A stretch of 64,000 nucleotides of DNA, taken from positions 1-64,000 of the forward strand of contig CBDBZY010000058.1 in assembly GCA_965213685.1 (NCBI GenBank), given 5' to 3'. The notes beneath the pieces are model-generated. The model ran no database searches. It was not told where the DNA came from and saw only the letters and a list, made by a program, of their open reading frames with translations. A program made the position numbers and the translations under genes. The stretch is from a bacterium (GTDB taxonomy: Bacteria; UBA8248). Each line of letters begins with the position of its first letter. Within the stretch, counting starts at the first letter, position 1. This document shows, piece after piece, positions 1-11,686 of this stretch.

Positions 1-551
1 GCCTCCCGCCCGATGACGGGGTCCAGTTTCCCCTCGTCCGCAAACTCGGTGAGGTCGCGGCCGAACTCGTCCAGGGCCGGCGTCTTGCTCTTCTCGCGGG
101 AGCGCGCCGCCACCGGCTCTCTCAGGAGATTGATGGTCTGCTCGCGCGTCTGCTGCAGCTTGACGCCAAAACTCGCCAGGATTTTCGCCGCCAGGCCGTC
201 TTTCTCCCGCACGATGCCCAGCAGCAAATGCTCGGTCCCGATGTAGTTATGCCCCATGAGGCGGGCCTCCTCGACGGCGTACTCGAGCACCTTCTTCGCC
301 TTCGGGGTAAAGGGAATGTCTCCCTCCACCGGGCCGCTCAGACTCTTGGGCAGGTTGCGCTCGAGCTCCAGGCGCAGCTGTTTGGGGTCGACGCCCAGCT
401 TCTGCAGGACGGCTATGGCGATTCCGCCGCCGTCTTTCAGCACGCCCAGCAGGATATGCTCGGTGCCCAGGTATTCGTGTCTGTAGTGTTCCGCTTCCTC
501 TCTCGCCAAAATGATGACTTTGCGGGCGCGCTCTGTGAATCGCTTAAACAT
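1..551 (-). CDS. clpC: ATP-dependent Clp protease ATP-binding subunit ClpC (5' part; runs off window)
   Basis: Manual translation from ATG at 551: MFKRFTERARKVIILAREEA..YLGTEHILLG..GHNYIGTEHLLLG..TPALDEFGRDLT..GKLDPVIGR (two Clp-N repeats then start of AAA+ domain); GGAG RBS upstream; absent from ORF track because truncated. Confidence 0.93.
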   Translation of the reverse strand, partial: MFKRFTERARKVIILAREEAEHYRHEYLGTEHILLGVLKDGGGIAIAVLQKLGVDPKQLRLELERNLPKSLSGPVEGDIPFTPKAKKVLEYAVEEARLMGHNYIGTEHLLLGIVREKDGLAAKILASFGVKLQQTREQTINLLREPVAARSREKSKTPALDEFGRDLTEFADEGKLDPVIGRE

Positions 552-569
552 ACGGCCCTCCTTGCTTTT

Positions 570-1298
570 TCACCGGGCTATCTTCCCGTCCGCGACGACG
601 ACCACACGATCCATTCTCTCCGCCATCGAACTGTTGTGCGTCGCCACCAAAATTGTCTTCCCGCTTCTCTCGTGAATCTCCTGCAACAATTCGAATATCG
701 TCTCGGCGGTCGATGAGTCCAGGTTTCCCGTCGGCTCATCCGCCAGTATCAAAGAAGGATTGTTCATCAATGCGCGGGCGATCGCAACCCGCTGCTGTTC
801 TCCGCCGGAAAGTTCTCCCGGCCGGTGGCGCCACCTGTCGGCCAGGCCCACCCGGCTCAGCAATTCCTTTGCCTGATCCTCCACATCCTTTTTCCGGGCG
901 CCTCGAATCAGCGCGGGCATCATAACATTTTCCAGCCCCGAAAACTCCGGCAGCAGGTGGTGGAACTGGAACACGAAACCCACGTGCCGGTTGCGCAGTC
1001 GGGCCAATTCCGCCTCCGTGCGGTCGGAGAGGCGCTTGCCTTCCAGAATCACCTCGCCTCTCGTCGGACTGTCCAGCGCGCCCAGGAGGTGGAGCAGGGT
1101 GGTTTTCCCCGCTCCGGAAACGCCCATGATGGCCACCGTCTCGCCGTGGCCGACCTCGAGGTCGACCCCCCGCAGGGCCATCACCTCGCTGTTGCCCATG
1201 ACGTATGACTTCTCGAGTCCCCTGGCGGCGACCACCCGGGGCGCAGCCCCTCTCCCGGAAGTCGATTCCCCCATCGCCAGGATATCTGCATCAACCAT
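570..1298 (-). CDS. lolD: Lipoprotein-releasing ABC transporter ATP-binding protein LolD
   Basis: Walker [47 protein letters not shown]; adjacent to lolC/E. Confidence 0.9.
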   Translation of the reverse strand: MVDADILAMGESTSGRGAAPRVVAARGLEKSYVMGNSEVMALRGVDLEVGHGETVAIMGVSGAGKTTLLHLLGALDSPTRGEVILEGKRLSDRTEAELARLRNRHVGFVFQFHHLLPEFSGLENVMMPALIRGARKKDVEDQAKELLSRVGLADRWRHRPGELSGGEQQRVAIARALMNNPSLILADEPTGNLDSSTAETIFELLQEIHERSGKTILVATHNSSMAERMDRVVVVADGKIAR

Positions 1299-2561
1299 AG
1301 CGGAGATTTTCTACCGGGTCGACGCGGGAGGCGCGCCATGCTGGATACAGGGTCGCCGCCAGACAGATGAGGACGGCCGCCGCCGCTGTCGCGGAAACGT
1401 CAAACGGCGTCATCTGTACGGGCAACCCGTCTATATCATAGACGCTGGGAGGCAGGATGTCCAGGCCGAACGCGCGCTCCAGGAAATCCTCCACCACGTG
1501 GAGGTTCCATCCCAGCACGAGCCCCCCTGCGGTTCCCAGCGCGGCGCCCGACAGGCCGATGAAGGCGCCCTGAATGAAAAAAATTCGCAAGATCGACCCG
1601 CTCGTCGCCCCCATCGATTTCAATATCGCGATTTCGCGCCCCTTCTCCATCACCACCATGACGAGGGAGCCGATGATGTTAAAGGCAGCGACGACGACGA
1701 CCAGAAGAAGAAGGATGGTCAGCGTGGTTTTTTCCGTTTTCAGCGCGGAGAACAGGTTCCGGTTCATCTGCTGCCAGGAGCGCGACCAATACGCTCCGGC
1801 GAGCGCGCCCTGAATCCGGCGCGAAATGCGCTCGGCCGAGAAGATGTCCCGCACGCGCAGGTGCACCCCGGTGACGGAATCCCCGAGTCCAAAGAACGCC
1901 TGGCTCTCTTTCATGGAGACGAACGCGAGGCCTGCGTCGTACTGGTAAAACCCGCTGCGAAAGATTCCCGCCACCTGGAGTTTTTTCGTCCGCGGCACCA
2001 GGCCCATCGGCGTCACCGCCCCCCACGGGGCTGATCATCGTCACCGAATCGCCCACGCGGACGAGCAGGCTTTTCGCGAGCTCGCCCCCGAGGATGACGC
2101 CGGGCCGGGCCCCGGGGGCCGTTCCCCCCGCCAGAATCTCCCGGAGCGAGCCTTCCTTCAGGTATCTGTTGATGTCCGTCACGTCGACTTCCCGGGAAGG
2201 GTCGACCCCCGCGCACGACCGAACCCATCACCCGGCCCCCGGACGAGAACATGGCCTGTCCATATACGAAGGGGCTGGCGGCGGCCACCCCCTCCTGCCC
2301 CCGCACCCTCTTCAGGACGTCCCGCCATTCGCGCATCGACGCCGCGTCCGACTTCACGATGACGATATGGCTCTGCGTGCCCAGGATTTTTTCCCGAAAC
2401 TCCCGCTGAAACCCCGTCATCACCCCCACGACGACGATGAGGGTGGCGACGCCGAGGGCGATGCCCAGCACGGATATCCAGGTGGTGAGGGAGACGAAGG
2501 CGAGATTGCTCCGCGCGCGCAGGTGCCTGAGGCCGATGAACAGTTCCGCGGAGAAGGGCAT
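1291..2561 (-). CDS. lolE: Lipoprotein-releasing ABC transporter permease LolC/E (two apparent +1 homopolymer errors)
   Basis: Three overlapping frames (2013-2561, 1679-2182, 1291-2016) join into one LolC/E protein if one C is removed at 2206-2210 and one at 2019-2024; motifs GIALGVATLIVVVGVMTGF, EKGREIAILKSMGA, ATLYPAWRAS. Confidence 0.85.
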
Positions 2562-2563
2562 CT

Positions 2564-4110
2564 TCAGCCCTGGTGCCGCCGCATCAGGGGGAAGAGGATC
2601 ACGTCGCGAATCGAATGCGTGTTCGTCAGCAGCATGGCGAGCCTGTCGATTCCGATTCCCTCGCCCGCCGTGGGCGGCAACCCGTATTCCAGTGCCGTGA
2701 GGTAATCCCAGTCGATCTCGTGGGCTTCCTCATCGCCGGCCTCGCGCGCCGCCTCCTGCTGCTCGAAGCGCGCGCGCTGATCGTCGGGATCGTTCAATTC
2801 CGTATAGGCGTTGGCGATCTCGCGACCGGCGACGATGAGCTCGAATCGCTCCACCGTGTCGGGGTCATCCTCCCGGCTCTTGGCCAGCGGCGAGAGGGAC
2901 TTGGGAAAATCATGGATGAAGGTGGGCTGCCGGAGCCTGGGCTCCACGAGTTCCTCGAACAGATACTCCAGGATGCGCGCATGGCTCATGTCGTCCGGCA
3001 AGGGGTATCCCTTCGGCCCGGCGACCTCCATCGCAAAACGGCGGGCCTTCTCCGCGTCTTCCAGCGCACCGGCCGGGCGCACCGCCGAGCGACACGATGG
3101 AATCGCGCCATTTGTGTCGCGCCCAGGGGGGGCCGAAACGAGATTTCCTCCTCCCCGTACCGCAGCGCGTCCCCGCCCAGAATGTCCTGTGCGAGGGAGG
3201 CCACCATCTCCTCCGTCAGGCGCATCAGGTCGTTATAGTCCGCATACGCCATATAGAACTCGAGCATCGTGAACTCCGGGTTGTGCTGCGTGGATATGCC
3301 CTCGTTCCGGAAATTGCGGTTGATCTCGTAGACGCGATCCATCCCGCCGACCACCAGGCGCTTGAGATACAATTCGGGCGCCACGCGCAGATACAGGGGC
3401 ATCTCCAGCGCGTTGTGGTAGGTGGCGAACGGCCTGGCCGCCGCCCCGCCGGCGATGGCCTGCATCATCGGGGTCTCGACCTCGAGAAAGTTCCGCTCGT
3501 CCAGAAAGCGGCGCATCGCCCGGATCATCCGCGTGCGCGTGCGAAACACCTCGGCGGCGTCGGGGTTCGCTATCAGGTCCACGTAGCGCTGCCGGTAGCG
3601 CGCCTCCACGTTTTGCAGGCCGTGCCATTTTTCGGGCAGCGGACGCAGGCTCTTCGTCAACAGGCACAACCCGCGCACCCAGACGGAGAGCTCCCCCATC
3701 CGCGTCCGGAAGACGCCGCCCTCCGCGCCCACGATATCGCCGATGTCCAGCTCCTTGACGAACTGAAACGCCTCCGCGCCCACCTCGTTCATCCGGATGA
3801 AGAGCTGGATGCGCCCCGTCCCGTCCCGCAGGTCAACGAAGGCGACTTTCCCCTGCACCCGCCGGGCGATGATTCTTCCGGCCACCGAAAAATTCCCTTC
3901 TCTCGCCTCATCGAAGCCATCCGCCGGCACCTCCCGAAACTCCCGCACGATGGCGCCAATCTGGTGCGTCGTCGAAAACCGGTTCACGAAGGGGTTGCCC
4001 CCCGAGGCGCGAATGCCCTCGAGCTTTTTCCTTCGCCGCCGGGTCAGGACATTCTCGTCATCGCGCGCATCCGCCGATGGCGCCGCTTCACCCGCCGCGG
4101 GGTCTTTCAT
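2564..4110 (-). CDS. lysS: Lysine--tRNA ligase, class II (two apparent +1 errors near 3076 and 3126-3132)
   Basis: [44 protein letters not shown] in the 5' ORF; [30 protein letters not shown] in the 3' ORF; start codon approximate. Confidence 0.93.
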
Positions 4111-4189
4111 CCCCTGCCCTCTCTCGTCATCCGGTAGATGTCGTTGCTTCTCCGCCCGTTCGCGCTCCATCCGTCCCCCTCCCCGACGC

Positions 4190-5312
4190 TCATCCGCGCG
4201 CGTTGGCCCGCGTCTCTATCAGGGAGAGAAGGTAGGCGTCGATGAACCCGTCGATGTTCCCGTCCAGCACGGCGTTGACGTCCGAGCACTCCACGTCGGT
4301 TCGATGATCCTTCACCATCCGGTAGGGATGCAATATGTAGGAGCGTATCTGGCTCCCGAACCCTATCGTCTTCTTCAGGGCGTGCTGCGCTTCTTTCGCC
4401 TCGTCGCGCTTGCGCTTCTCCCGCTCGTACAACTGGCCGCGCAGCAGCTTCATGGCCGTGGCGCGGTTCTTGTGCTGGCTTCTCTCGTTTTGGCAGGAGA
4501 CGACGATGTTCGTCGGCAGGTGGGTGATCCGCACCGCCGAATCCGTGGTGTTCACATGCTGGCCGCCCGCACCGGAACTGCGGAACACGTCGATTCTCAG
4601 ATCATTCTCGTCAATCTCGATTTCCACGTCATCCGACACCTCCGGGACGACGTCCACGGAAGCGAACGAAGTGTGCCTCTTCGAGCTGGCGTCAAAGGGC
4701 GAAATCCGTATCAGGCGGTGCACACCGACCTCCGCCCGAAGATACCCGTAAGCGTAATCCCCCTGAACGATCAGGGTGACGTTCTTCACGCCCGCCTCCT
4801 CGCCTCCGAGTATGGAGACGAGCCGCGCGCCATACCCCCTCTCCTCCGCCCATCTCACGTACATGCGAAAGAGCATCTCGGCCCAATCCTGGCTTTCGAC
4901 GCCGCCCGCTCCGGCGTTCACGCTGAGGATGGCGTTCGCCCTGTCCTCCTCGGAATCCATGATCAGCTGAAACTCCAGGCGCTCGGTCTCCCCCACGAGA
5001 ACGGAGAGGGCGCCCTCTATATCGCCCAGCAGTTCCGATTCAGGCGTCTCCTCCATCCGGAGGAGCTGGAGAAGCTCCTTCTGCTCTTGGAGTCTGTCGT
5101 TCAGGCCTTGCCAGTGCCGGATCGTTTTCTGAAAAGAAGAACGCTGCCGCAGCGTCTTTTGCGCGGCCTCGGGGTCGCTCCAGAAATCCTCCTCGGCGGC
5201 GCGCTTGTCCAGCCGGGCGCACTCCGCCTCCAGTCGATCCAGGTCAAAGCCGCCCCCGCAGTTCGAGGAGGCGCGCCTCTAGTTGCTCACATTCCCTGCA
5301 CACTTCTTCCAT
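4190..5312 (-). CDS. prfB: Peptide chain release factor 2 with programmed +1 frameshift
   Basis: SPF and GAGGQHVN motifs; short upstream frame [22 protein letters not shown] ends at CTT TGA C (5243-5249, minus strand) preceded by GGGGG internal SD; the +1 frame continues without stops into ORF 4190-5056. Confidence 0.95.
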
Positions 5313-5376
5313 CGCTATCTCCCATCCTCCAGGGCGGCGTCCATGACTCTCTCGCGCGGCGCGCACCGGCGCAGCT

Positions 5377-6924
5377 TCACCCATCATACCATACTCGATC
5401 GTCGCGCCCCGAGCCGAACAGTAAAAACGCCGCCCCGAAAACGAGGGCGCACAGATACGCGAACATATCGCCCATCCGCACATAGGCGGTGGGAGTGCCC
5501 CTTTTCGGCGAGACGGCGTCGGGATGCGTCCATTCCTGATAAAGGGGGCTGCGCTTGCGAATCGCGCCGGTGGGCGCGATCACCGCGCTGATCCCCGTAT
5601 TGGCCGCGCGAACGATGGGCACGCGGAACTCCACCGCCCGGAACGCCACCATGGACAGGTGCTGCTCGGAGGCCGCCGTCTCTCCGAACCACGCATCGTT
5701 CGTGATGTTGACGAAAAACTGCGCGTCCGCCATCCGCCGCGCCACGCGGGGGAAAATCGCCTCGAAACAGATCAGGACGCCAAACTTCCCTCCGGGGACG
5801 TCAAACGTCCTCGGCACGTCCCCCGCCTGGAACGTCCCGATCACCGGCACCAGTTTTTTCACGAAAAACAACAAGCCCTCGAGCGGAACATATTCGCCAA
5901 AGGGCAGCAGGTGCATCTTGTCGTAGCGGCCTATCTCCTCGCCGCCCGGGCCGAGGAGATAGGCCGAATTCGTCATCGCCGGGGCCTCTTTCGCGCCCCT
6001 CTCCCCGAGAGTTCCAAACAGCAGATAGGAATTCGCCTCGCGCGCGAGGCGGCGGACGCGCCTTCTCGCGTCCGCCTGCCCCTCATAGACAAAAGGGGCC
6101 GCCGCCTCCGGCCAGACGAGGAGGGGGGGAGCGGACAACCCCTGTTTCGGGAAGCGCCCCCGGAGGTCCCTCGTCAACCTTCCCATCTTCTCGACGATGG
6201 CACTCTGCCACCGGGGAGACCATTTCACGGACTGGTCCACGTTGCCCTGGACGATGCCCACCGGGCGCCCCGCGCTCCGCGCTTCGGCGGGCACCTCCCG
6301 CAAGCGCATGTGGCCATAGCCCAGGACGAGCGCCGTCGCGAGCGCAACGCCGGCGGCCACGGCGTAGGGCGCTTTCTGGGGGAAGCGAAAAAAATGCCAG
6401 ATCGCCGCGTTGACGAACACGATGAAAAACGAAACGCCATACACGCCCAGCAGATCGGCGACCTGGATGACGAGCAGCGAGCGATACTGGCTATACCCCA
6501 GCAAGGCCCACGGGAAGCCGGACAGGGCGTAGGCGCGCAACAACTCCAGAGAGACCCAGAGAGGCGCCGCAACGAGAAGGGCGAGGATGGAGCCGCCCGC
6601 CCGCATCCGCGCGAGAAAAAACGCGAACAGCGCCGGATACAACGCCAGATAGGCCGCGAGGGCAAAGGTGATCAGCCATGCGAGCGGCGTGGGCAGGCCG
6701 CCATACGTGGTCATGGAAATCTTCACCCACCAGACGATGATCCCGAAAGAGACCAGCCCGGCCACCAGTCCCAGCGCAAACGCTTCGTGCGCCTTCTTGC
6801 CCTCCAGTGCCCACAACAGGGGAACGAGCGCCACCCAGGCCAGGATTTCAAATCCGAACGGCGGAAACAGCGACGCCAGCAGGAGGCCCGAGAATATGGA
6901 ATACCCCACCCCCCTCGTTTTCAA
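5377..6924 (-). CDS. lnt: Apolipoprotein N-acyltransferase
   Basis: Multiple TM helices, GFPWALLGYSQ, VQGN, WPEAA, YDKMHLLPFGEYVP, LICFEAIFP, NITNDAWFG, RAANTGISA. Confidence 0.93.
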   Translation of the reverse strand: MKTRGVGYSIFSGLLLASLFPPFGFEILAWVALVPLLWALEGKKAHEAFALGLVAGLVSFGIIVWWVKISMTTYGGLPTPLAWLITFALAAYLALYPALFAFFLARMRAGGSILALLVAAPLWVSLELLRAYALSGFPWALLGYSQYRSLLVIQVADLLGVYGVSFFIVFVNAAIWHFFRFPQKAPYAVAAGVALATALVLGYGHMRLREVPAEARSAGRPVGIVQGNVDQSVKWSPRWQSAIVEKMGRLTRDLRGRFPKQGLSAPPLLVWPEAAAPFVYEGQADARRRVRRLAREANSYLLFGTLGERGAKEAPAMTNSAYLLGPGGEEIGRYDKMHLLPFGEYVPLEGLLFFVKKLVPVIGTFQAGDVPRTFDVPGGKFGVLICFEAIFPRVARRMADAQFFVNITNDAWFGETAASEQHLSMVAFRAVEFRVPIVRAANTGISAVIAPTGAIRKRSPLYQEWTHPDAVSPKRGTPTAYVRMGDMFAYLCALVFGAAFLLFGSGRDDRVWYDG

Positions 6925-8834
6925 GACCCGCTCGTTCGGGAAGCGCTTTCCCCGGTCCGCCCGGCAAGCGCGCCCGCGCCGCCGAGTTTCTCCCGCAGGG
7001 CGTCCACGATCCTCGGCGTGATGCCCTCCACCTCCAGGAGCCTGGCGTCGCTCGCCTCCAGCACGCCCCGCAGGCTCCCGAAAGTTCGCAGAAGCGCGCG
7101 CCGGCGCTTGGGTCCCAAGCCAGGCACGTCGTCCAGGCCGCTCCTCAGCCCGGCGCGCCTGCGGCGCGTTCGATGAAACGTCAGGACAAACCGGTGCACC
7201 TCGTCGCGAATCTTCTGCAGCATGAGCTTCGGGGTGCTCCCCTCCTTCAGCCGAACGGGGTCTTCCCGCCCGGGCAGGAAGACGACGTCCTGCGCCTCGG
7301 GGTTCTCCAGACTCCTGCCCTTGGAGATCGCGCAGACCGCCACGTCCGCGACGCCGAGCTCCTCGAGCGCCGAGACCGCCGAGGAGAGGTGCCCCTTTCC
7401 TCCGTCGATCAACAGCAGATCGGGCATCTCGCCCCCCTCGTTCACCAGACGCTCCAGGCGCCGGAAAACGATCTCGCGCATGGCCGCGTAATCATCGGGA
7501 AACTCTCCCGCGCCACGAACCTTGTAGCGGCGGTAGCCGTCCTTCAGCGGGCGCCCCTCCTGGAACAGGACGCTCGCGCCGACGATGTGGCTTCCCTGCA
7601 GATTCGACACGTCAAACGCCTCCATCCGCACCGGCAGCTCCTCCAGCCCCAACGCCCGCCGAATCTCCTCGAGCGTTTGCTGCTCCTTTCTGACCAGGGC
7701 GTTCTCCTGCTCCTGGACGTGCGAGGCGTTCTCGCTCGCCATCTCGACGAGCCGGCGCTTGTCCCCCCGGCGGGGGTGGAAGACGGACACCTTCCTCCCC
7801 CGCTTCTCCGACAGCCATTGCGCGATGAGCGAGACGTCGTCCACGGCGCAGGGCAAAAGCACCTCGTCCGGAAAAAACGTCTTGGTGCTGTAATACTGCT
7901 TCACGAACGCGGAGACAACCTCTCCGTCGGGAACGCCCTCGCGGGCGGCCGCGCGAAATCCCTGATCCCCCAGCAGCCTGCCCCCGCGAATGAAAAACAG
8001 GCGAAACGTCGCCTTCTCCCCAGCGCGATGACAGCCGAGCACGTCCTGGTCGCTCCCCTTCACGGACAGCATGGTCTGCCGCTCGGAGACGTGCTCGATC
8101 CCCCGCACCTGATCCCGCACCCGCGCGGCGGCCTCGTACTGCAACTCCTGGGAGTGCTCTTGCATCTGCCGCCTGAGCCTTCGCACCAGCTCCCGGTTTT
8201 TCCCCTTGAGAAAGTCCAGCGCGTCGTTCACGCCGCCGCGGTACGCTTCCCGGCTCTGGTGCCCGTCGCATGGCCCCAGGCACTGGCCCATCTGAAAATA
8301 GATGCACCGCTTCGCCGTCTTGTCCTCGACCCCGCCCGTGCAGGGGCGAATGTGAAACGTCTTCTGCAAAAAGCGGATGGTGCGTCTGAGGCTGCCCGCA
8401 GACGGGAAGGGCCCCAGGTAGGAATCGCCGCCTCCGGCGGGACGGCGGACGACGCTCAGGCGCGGGTAGTCCTCGCCCGTGCTGAACTTGAGATAGGGAA
8501 AATGCTTGTCGTCGCGCAGCAGGACGTTGTGGCGGGGCTGGTGCCTTTTCACGTAATTGCTCTCGAGGATGAGCGCCTCGACCTCGTTGGCCGTCACGAC
8601 GTGCTCAACCGTGGACAGCTCCTCCACCATCTTCTGAATCCAGGGGCCCCGCCCGGTTCTTTTGGCGAAATAGCTGCGCACCCTGCTCCGGAGGCGCAGC
8701 GCCTTGCCGACGTAAAGGACGTCTCCCGCCCGGTTCCGAAAGATGTATATGCCCGGCTTCTCCGGCAGGGATTTCAAAAACGAGCGGTCCTCCTCCACGG
8801 AGACCAGGCCGGCGGAAAGCGCGGAGGCGCTCAT
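6921..8834 (-). CDS. uvrC: Excinuclease ABC subunit C
   Basis: GIY-YIG start ([21 protein letters not shown]), UVR domain, [29 protein letters not shown]-terminal HhH. Confidence 0.96.
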   Translation of the reverse strand: MSASALSAGLVSVEEDRSFLKSLPEKPGIYIFRNRAGDVLYVGKALRLRSRVRSYFAKRTGRGPWIQKMVEELSTVEHVVTANEVEALILESNYVKRHQPRHNVLLRDDKHFPYLKFSTGEDYPRLSVVRRPAGGGDSYLGPFPSAGSLRRTIRFLQKTFHIRPCTGGVEDKTAKRCIYFQMGQCLGPCDGHQSREAYRGGVNDALDFLKGKNRELVRRLRRQMQEHSQELQYEAAARVRDQVRGIEHVSERQTMLSVKGSDQDVLGCHRAGEKATFRLFFIRGGRLLGDQGFRAAAREGVPDGEVVSAFVKQYYSTKTFFPDEVLLPCAVDDVSLIAQWLSEKRGRKVSVFHPRRGDKRRLVEMASENASHVQEQENALVRKEQQTLEEIRRALGLEELPVRMEAFDVSNLQGSHIVGASVLFQEGRPLKDGYRRYKVRGAGEFPDDYAAMREIVFRRLERLVNEGGEMPDLLLIDGGKGHLSSAVSALEELGVADVAVCAISKGRSLENPEAQDVVFLPGREDPVRLKEGSTPKLMLQKIRDEVHRFVLTFHRTRRRRAGLRSGLDDVPGLGPKRRRALLRTFGSLRGVLEASDARLLEVEGITPRIVDALREKLGGAGALAGRTGESASRTSGS

Positions 8835-10840
8835 CCCGCCACCTCGGGGGTTTCGAGGCCGATTCGCCTGCGCTCGATGGCGAGAATCTTGTCGCGAATC
8901 CCGGCGGCTCTCTCGAATTCGAGTTTCTGGGCCGCCTCGCGCATTCGGGCGCGAAGGGCGTCCAGTGCCGACGCATCCACCTCGGAGAGATCGGGCAAAT
9001 CCGCGTCGTCCCGCCCGAAGCCATCGTCCTCCCCCCCCTCGCCGGACGCTTCCAAGAGCGCGTCCATGCCGCGGCTGATGGAGCGGGGGACGATTCCGTT
9101 CGCCTCGTTGTGGGCGATTTGCGCCATCCTCCTCCTCTCCATCTCGTCCAGGGCGCGGCGCATGCTGTCGGTGATGCGGTCCGCATACATGATGACGCGG
9201 CCGTCCACGTGCCGCGCCGCCCGGCCCGAAGTCTGGATCAGGGAAGTGTCCGAGCGCAAAAACCCCTCCTTGTCCGCGTCGAATATGGCCACCAGGGCGA
9301 CTTCGGGCAAATCCAGTCCCTCGCGCAGCAGGTTGATCCCGATGAGCACGTCAAAGGCCCCCGAGCGCAGGTCGCGAATGATCCGCACCCGCTCGAGGGC
9401 GTCGATGTCGCTGTGCATATACCGAACCCGGACCCCCAAGTCCTCATAGTATTCCGTCAAATCCTCCGCGAACCTTTTCGTCAGGGTGGTGACAAGCGCC
9501 CGGTTTCCCGCCGCCGCCACCTCGCGCACCTCGGCCAGCAAGTCATCCACCTGCCCCTGCACGGAGCGAACCTCCACCGGGGGGTCCACCAGGCCGGTGG
9601 GCCGCAGCAGCTGCTCCACGACGACCCCCTCGCTTTTTTCCAGCTCAAAGGGGCCGGGGGTCGCCGAAACGTAGATCACGTTCCGCAGGTTCGCCTCGAA
9701 CTCCTCGAATCGCAGCGGGCGGTTGTCCAGGGCCGACGGCAGCCGGAAGCCATACGCCACCAGGTTTTCCTTCCGCGAGCGATCTCCGCGATACATCCCC
9801 CGCAACTGGGGGATGCTCTGGTGACTCTCGTCTATCACCACCAGGTGATCGCGCGGGAAATACGAAAACAGGGTCGCGGGCGGCTCACCCGTCAAACGCC
9901 CGTCGAGGTGCAGGCTGTAGTTCTCCACCCCGTGGCAGTAGCCCACTTCCCGGAGCATCTCGACGTCCTGCAAGGTTCTCTGCCGCAGGCGCTGCGCCTC
10001 ATGCGACTTGTCGAGCGCGTTCAGCTCCGCCACCTGTTCCCACAACTCCTTCTGGATGCCCTCGATGGCGCTCGAGAGCCTCTCCTCGGGCGTGATGTAA
10101 TGGCTGTTGGGGTAAATCTCCACCCGGCGGAGCCTCCGCAGGACGACGCCCCGCAGCGGATCGATTTCGGCGATGCTGTCGATCTCCTCCCCGAAGAACT
10201 CTACGCGAATCGCCTGCTCCTCCTCGTGGGCGGGCAGAATTTCGACGACGTCTCCGCGCGCGCGAAAAGAGGCGCGGCGCAGGTTCGCCTCCGCGCGGCG
10301 ATACTGGATCCGTATCAGCTGCGTGAGCAGCGCCTCGCGGTCCATCTCCATGCCGACGGAAATATCGACGTGCAGGTCAAAATAATCCGCCGGCGATCCC
10401 AGCCCGTAGATGGAGCTCACGCTCGCCACCACGATGACGTCCTCCCGCATGAGCGCCGAGCGCGTGGCCGCGTGGCGCAGGCGGTCCAGCTCGTCGTTGA
10501 TGGAGGCGTCTTTCTCGATGAACGTATCCGTGGTGGGCACGTAGGCTTCCGGCTGATAGTAATCGTAATAGCTGACGAAATACTCCACCGCGTTGTTCGG
10601 AAAAAACCCCTTGAACTCGTTGTAGAGCTGCGCGGCCAGCGTCTTGTTGTGGGCGATGACGAGCGCGGGCTTCCCCATTCTCTCGATGACGTTCGCCACC
10701 GTGAACGTCTTCCCGGAGCCGGTGACGCCCAGGAGAACCTGATGCTCCTGGCCCTCCTCGAACTGCCGGACGATGGCGTCTATCGCTTCGGGCTGATCGC
10801 CCGTGGGCGAGAATTTCGCATGGAGCTCAAAGGTGCCCAT
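8831..10840 (-). CDS. uvrB: Excinuclease ABC subunit B
   Basis: [54 protein letters not shown]-terminal UVR motif. Confidence 0.97.
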   Translation of the reverse strand: MGTFELHAKFSPTGDQPEAIDAIVRQFEEGQEHQVLLGVTGSGKTFTVANVIERMGKPALVIAHNKTLAAQLYNEFKGFFPNNAVEYFVSYYDYYQPEAYVPTTDTFIEKDASINDELDRLRHAATRSALMREDVIVVASVSSIYGLGSPADYFDLHVDISVGMEMDREALLTQLIRIQYRRAEANLRRASFRARGDVVEILPAHEEEQAIRVEFFGEEIDSIAEIDPLRGVVLRRLRRVEIYPNSHYITPEERLSSAIEGIQKELWEQVAELNALDKSHEAQRLRQRTLQDVEMLREVGYCHGVENYSLHLDGRLTGEPPATLFSYFPRDHLVVIDESHQSIPQLRGMYRGDRSRKENLVAYGFRLPSALDNRPLRFEEFEANLRNVIYVSATPGPFELEKSEGVVVEQLLRPTGLVDPPVEVRSVQGQVDDLLAEVREVAAAGNRALVTTLTKRFAEDLTEYYEDLGVRVRYMHSDIDALERVRIIRDLRSGAFDVLIGINLLREGLDLPEVALVAIFDADKEGFLRSDTSLIQTSGRAARHVDGRVIMYADRITDSMRRALDEMERRRMAQIAHNEANGIVPRSISRGMDALLEASGEGGEDDGFGRDDADLPDLSEVDASALDALRARMREAAQKLEFERAAGIRDKILAIERRRIGLETPEVAG

Positions 10841-10936
10841 GAATGACGATCAACCTCCACCCCGACAGATCGCGAAACGCGCGGTGAAAAGCCCGTGGGA
10901 TGCGGGGCGGCGGATACACCCCCCTGCCCCGAAACC

Positions 10937-11470
10937 TCACCGTCCAGCGAGTCGGGCGGGGTGCAGGTATTTGTCCCATACATGCTGAACGGTTCGGGAA
11001 AGCCGATGGTTCAGGTGATGCGACAGGAGCCATCCGGGCTTTTGGGGCCGCCTCCGCATGCGCAGGCCCGCCTCATCGGGCGTGCGATCCCCTTTTTTCG
11101 CATTGCACTTCCGGCAGCTGCAAACCACGTTCTCCCATGTGGAGCGGCCGCCCCGGGAACGCGGCCGGACATGATCGACCGTCAAATACCCGCCCTGCGC
11201 CCCGCAGTATTGGCAGGTGTGCTCGTCTCGGCGCATCACGTTCTTCTTGCTGAACGGCACCTGGTGCCTGCGCGGAACATAGACATACGTTCGCAGGCGT
11301 ATGACGGAGGGGAGGCGAAACTCCAGCGTCTCGCTGCGGATGACCAGGCCGTTCGTCTCTATGGTGTCCGCCTTGCCCAGGAGCATCATCCGAATCGCAC
11401 GGCGGGCGTTGCAAATGTGGATCGGCTCATACGTCTGGTTGAGCACCAGAACGCGCGATTGCTCCAACAA
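10937..11470 (-). CDS. HNH endonuclease (McrA-like family)
   Basis: VLVLNQTYEP..LPSVIRL..RDEHTCQYCG..LTVDHVRPRSRGGRSTWENVVCSCRKCNAKKG; probable TTG start at 11470. Confidence 0.85.
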   Translation of the reverse strand: MLEQSRVLVLNQTYEPIHICNARRAIRMMLLGKADTIETNGLVIRSETLEFRLPSVIRLRTYVYVPRRHQVPFSKKNVMRRDEHTCQYCGAQGGYLTVDHVRPRSRGGRSTWENVVCSCRKCNAKKGDRTPDEAGLRMRRRPQKPGWLLSHHLNHRLSRTVQHVWDKYLHPARLAGR

Positions 11471-11587
11471 CCTATCCCCCCTCCCCTCCGTGCGGCGGGC
11501 GATGGGATGCGAAACGCCGTTTCTTCCTCCCCCCATTTATGTTGGCCTCGCCGCGCTTGTCAACGCGCAAGCCCCCTTTTTCGGGCA

Positions 11588-11617
11588 TTGCGAAAACGAG
11601 CGCCCGAATCCTATAAT
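11588..11617 (+). promoter_or_regulatory. Probable sigma70-type promoter for the PBP1A gene
   Basis: TTGCGA (11588-11593), 18-nt spacer, TATAAT (11612-11617), about 70 nt before the start codon. Confidence 0.55.
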
Positions 11618-11686
11618 GCGGGGGGTCTTCGCCAAACGGGGAGCGGCCCCCCGAAGCGTCGCACTCCCCCCAAAGAGGACGTCCCG

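Noticed and set aside
10937-11470. HNH gene as a defence system, Cas9/IscB or homing element
   Set aside because: Short stand-alone member of a widespread chromosomal HNH family; no RuvC domain, methylase, intron or repeats nearby
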